From contig CAUPSL010001549.1 of assembly GCA_963514005.1 (NCBI GenBank), forward strand, positions 1 through 48,786: a stretch of DNA of 48,786 nucleotides, in the 5' to 3' direction. Within the stretch, counting starts at the first letter, position 1. Each line of letters starts with the position of its first letter. A model generated the notes under the pieces. That model was not told where the DNA came from. It saw only the letters and a list, made by a program, of their open reading frames with translations, and did no database searches. Below are positions 46,120-48,786 of this stretch, piece after piece. Both the position numbers and the translations under genes were made by a program. This stretch comes from Raja brachyura. Its lineage: Eukaryota.

Positions 46120-48786
46120 GATTTTCAGAGTTAACATGCACTTTTTAACCATAACCAATTTGTTTTGGCCATTGAGTGGTATATATGCCTTATTCTTACG
46201 TTGGGAGCTGTCATTGGGAGAGATGTGGGTTGGGGAGGGGGTAATTAGCGTACTGACTGTCTGCATGACTGTCTACTGGGGAGAGGGGGGGGGGACTTTT
46301 GCTTTCAGTTTAGTTTTATCTATCTGGGCAGATTTTGAACTACATAAATACGTGAAATGTCGTCACTTCTGGCACCGCCTTGGATTCTTCCCCTTCCAGT
46401 ATCATGAACTGCTATCCTCTATGAAATTAACCCTTTACATTGCACGTGATTTTTACAAACAATATGTATAAAGTTATTAACTTCCTTTCATGGAATGTGA
46501 GGTGTCTGAACTATCTAATTAAGAGGAGTTTCTCTTTTTTAATGTTCTTCGTATACTAAATGCTCAGATTATCTTTGTTCTGGAAACTCATGTAAGGAAA
46601 GAAGACAATCAATGATTCTTTAAGTTTTGGAGGTGACAGCAGTTTCATTCAAATTCACGGGCAAAGGTGAAAGGAGTCTCTATTTTAATTGACTCCTCAA
46701 TTTCGTTTGTTCATTATGAAACAATTTCTGATCCATATGGTTGATTTTTGATGATCACTGGTGTTCTTCATAACCAAAACGTTGTTATGGTGAATGTTTA
46801 TTTACCTAATATTGATCACTCCGAGTTTTTTAAACAGTTAATCCAATCCTTCCTAATTTAAATGAACATCTTTTGATTATGGGTGGATATTTTAACTTCT
46901 CTTTGAATGCCTCGATGGACAGATCTGCATCTGAGCATGTGCTTCCAAATAAATCAGATAGTTTTCTCAATTATTTTTTACTTGACTCTGTAATGTCAGA
47001 CGTCTGGGGATTGCAACACCCAGATGACAAATAATTTTCTTTTTTCTCTCATGTATATCATAGTTCCTCTAGGATTGACTACTTTATAATAGATTCTCGG
47101 CTAGTTTCATCGGTCACGGCATGTGAGTATGATGCAATTGCTATTTCTGATCATGCACCATTGAAACTATCAATTCAACCACCTGATTCCAAGTTTAGTG
47201 CCAAACAATCGCTATGTAATACTACTCTGCTTCAAGTCTAAATGTTGTTAATTTTATTAAAGACCCGATTGCTTTCTTCTTCTTAACAAACTCTACTGAA
47301 GACATATCCAATGGTGCAGTCTGGGATGCTTTTAACGCATATATTCGTGGACAAATTATTTCATACTCCGCGGGATTTAAAAAAAAACTCAAAATGAAAT
47401 GCGTATATTGGCTGATGAGATAAAATAAATTGATCAGAAATATTCAAAAGCTCTTAGTCCAGAGCTCTGTAACAGTTGAATGTCAATTGAGACATGGTTT
47501 GTTATTAGTATCACCGATTGAGAATCAGCTACTTAAAGCCAAAAGTCAATGTTATATACATGGCGATGAATCTGGCAAATTACGCGCCAATCAGTTGAAA
47601 GCTGTGTCAGCCAAACGTAAGATTATTAAAGTGATTAAACGGGATGGTACATTGACAGTAGACTTTGATGACATTAATGAATCCTTTCAGGAATTGTATA
47701 CCTCGCCATACCAATCAGAATTTCCCACTGATTCCAATATAATGCACCAGTTTTTAAAGAAACGGAAGTTGCCAAATTAACCCATCACGGAGGAAAAAAT
47801 ACAAAAAGCAGTCCTTTCGATGAATTCTGGTAAATCTCCAGGTTTTGATGGGTTTACAGCGGAATGTGTTAAGTATTTCTCAAGTTTACTGCTTCCTTAG
47901 CTATGCAAGGTTTTTAAATACGCATTTTTAATTAATAGATTACCACAATCCTGTTATGAAGCATCTATGTGTTAATTCTTAAAAAAGATAAAGACCCCAG
48001 AGAAGTGACATCGTATAGACCTATATCTTTGTTAAATGTAGATTCCCAAATTATTTCAAAAATATTAGCTATGAGATTGGAAAATATTCTACCGCAAATT
48101 ATTTCGGAAGATCAAGCAGGTTTTATTTAAACACGTTACTCATACGTTAACGTTAGGAGATTAATTAATATTGTATATACAGCGTCAAATAAAACTCCAG
48201 AGTGTGTCATTTCACTTGATGCCGAGAAGACATTTGCTAGAGTAGTTTGGGCATACTTATTCAATACACTTGAAACATTTAAGACTGGTCAACAATTATC
48301 TCTTGGATCAAGCTGATATATCATATCCACCAGGGTTCTGTACTTACCTATAATCAGAAACTCCTTTTTTCAGCCTCTTTCGAGGTACGAGACAGGGCTG
48401 TCATTTAAGTCCTTTACTGTTTGATATCGCTTTGGAACCCTTAGCTACCGCTATTGGGGAATCCCTTAATATTTTTGTATCAGAAAGGTTTAATAACGAT
48501 TATTTATGAGTTGATTTTGAAATTGCAAATTTATAAATTTGATAAAATTAAGAATGACTGGGACAGAGAACTCCACATTTTTCTACTTTTGGAAAAATGG
48601 GAGAGGATTCTTCAATTAGTTAATACTTCCTCAATGTGTGCAAGACACGGTCTGATACAATTCAAGGCGGTTCACAGAGCTCATATGTCAAAAGATAAGT
48701 TAGCTCCTTTTTATGGTCGTATAAATCCTACCTGTGACCGATGTAATTCTGAAGTTGTTATGATTCGTATGTTCTGGTCCTGCCCC
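46120..48786 (+). mobile_element. Second L1-clade LINE fragment (ORF2), decayed, running off the window
   Basis: FLSWNVR (~46485), ETH, SRIDYF, ISDHAP, YIHGDESGKL, KSPGFDGF, SYRPISLLNVD, RGTRQGCHLSPLLF. Then an internal deletion to IQFKAVHR...CDRC...FWSCP. Confidence 0.9.

Noticed and set aside
1-48786. D, J or C segments; immunoglobulin cluster; tRNA genes
   Set aside because: I found no 12-RSS-flanked segment, no FGxGT with a splice donor and no C1-set exon by eye. The tRNA-like boxes belong to SINE heads. Features inside N-gaps cannot be excluded.

Overview
Vertebrate genomic DNA, not prokaryotic. It is most likely a cartilaginous fish (skate or ray), judged from the CR1/SINE/Penelope repeat content and the V-gene style. 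The window is part of a T-cell receptor V-gene array, best matching TCR-beta. I read five leader + V-exon units in mixed orientation. V1 (-, 496-1353) has four compensating single-base indels and may be functional. V2 (+, 5959-7274), V3 (-, 9156-10484, hit twice by CR1) and V4 (-, 23405-27305, a second family) are pseudogenes. V5 (+, 29640-30936) is fully intact with a 23-RSS. Four of the five belong to a '...FYS...YxCAW' family resembling mammalian TRBV30. No D, J or C segment is visible. The rest is decayed transposons (CR1, L1, Penelope-like with minimal hammerhead motifs, Gypsy, Rex1, tRNA-SINEs, Helitron-like ends, a TIR element), low-complexity purine/pyrimidine tracts and N-gaps. The most unusual observations are the head-to-head V pairs, leader exons whose antisense strand spells a 23-RSS, and the hammerhead-bearing Penelope termini. 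All family assignments come from motif recognition by eye; no database search was run.
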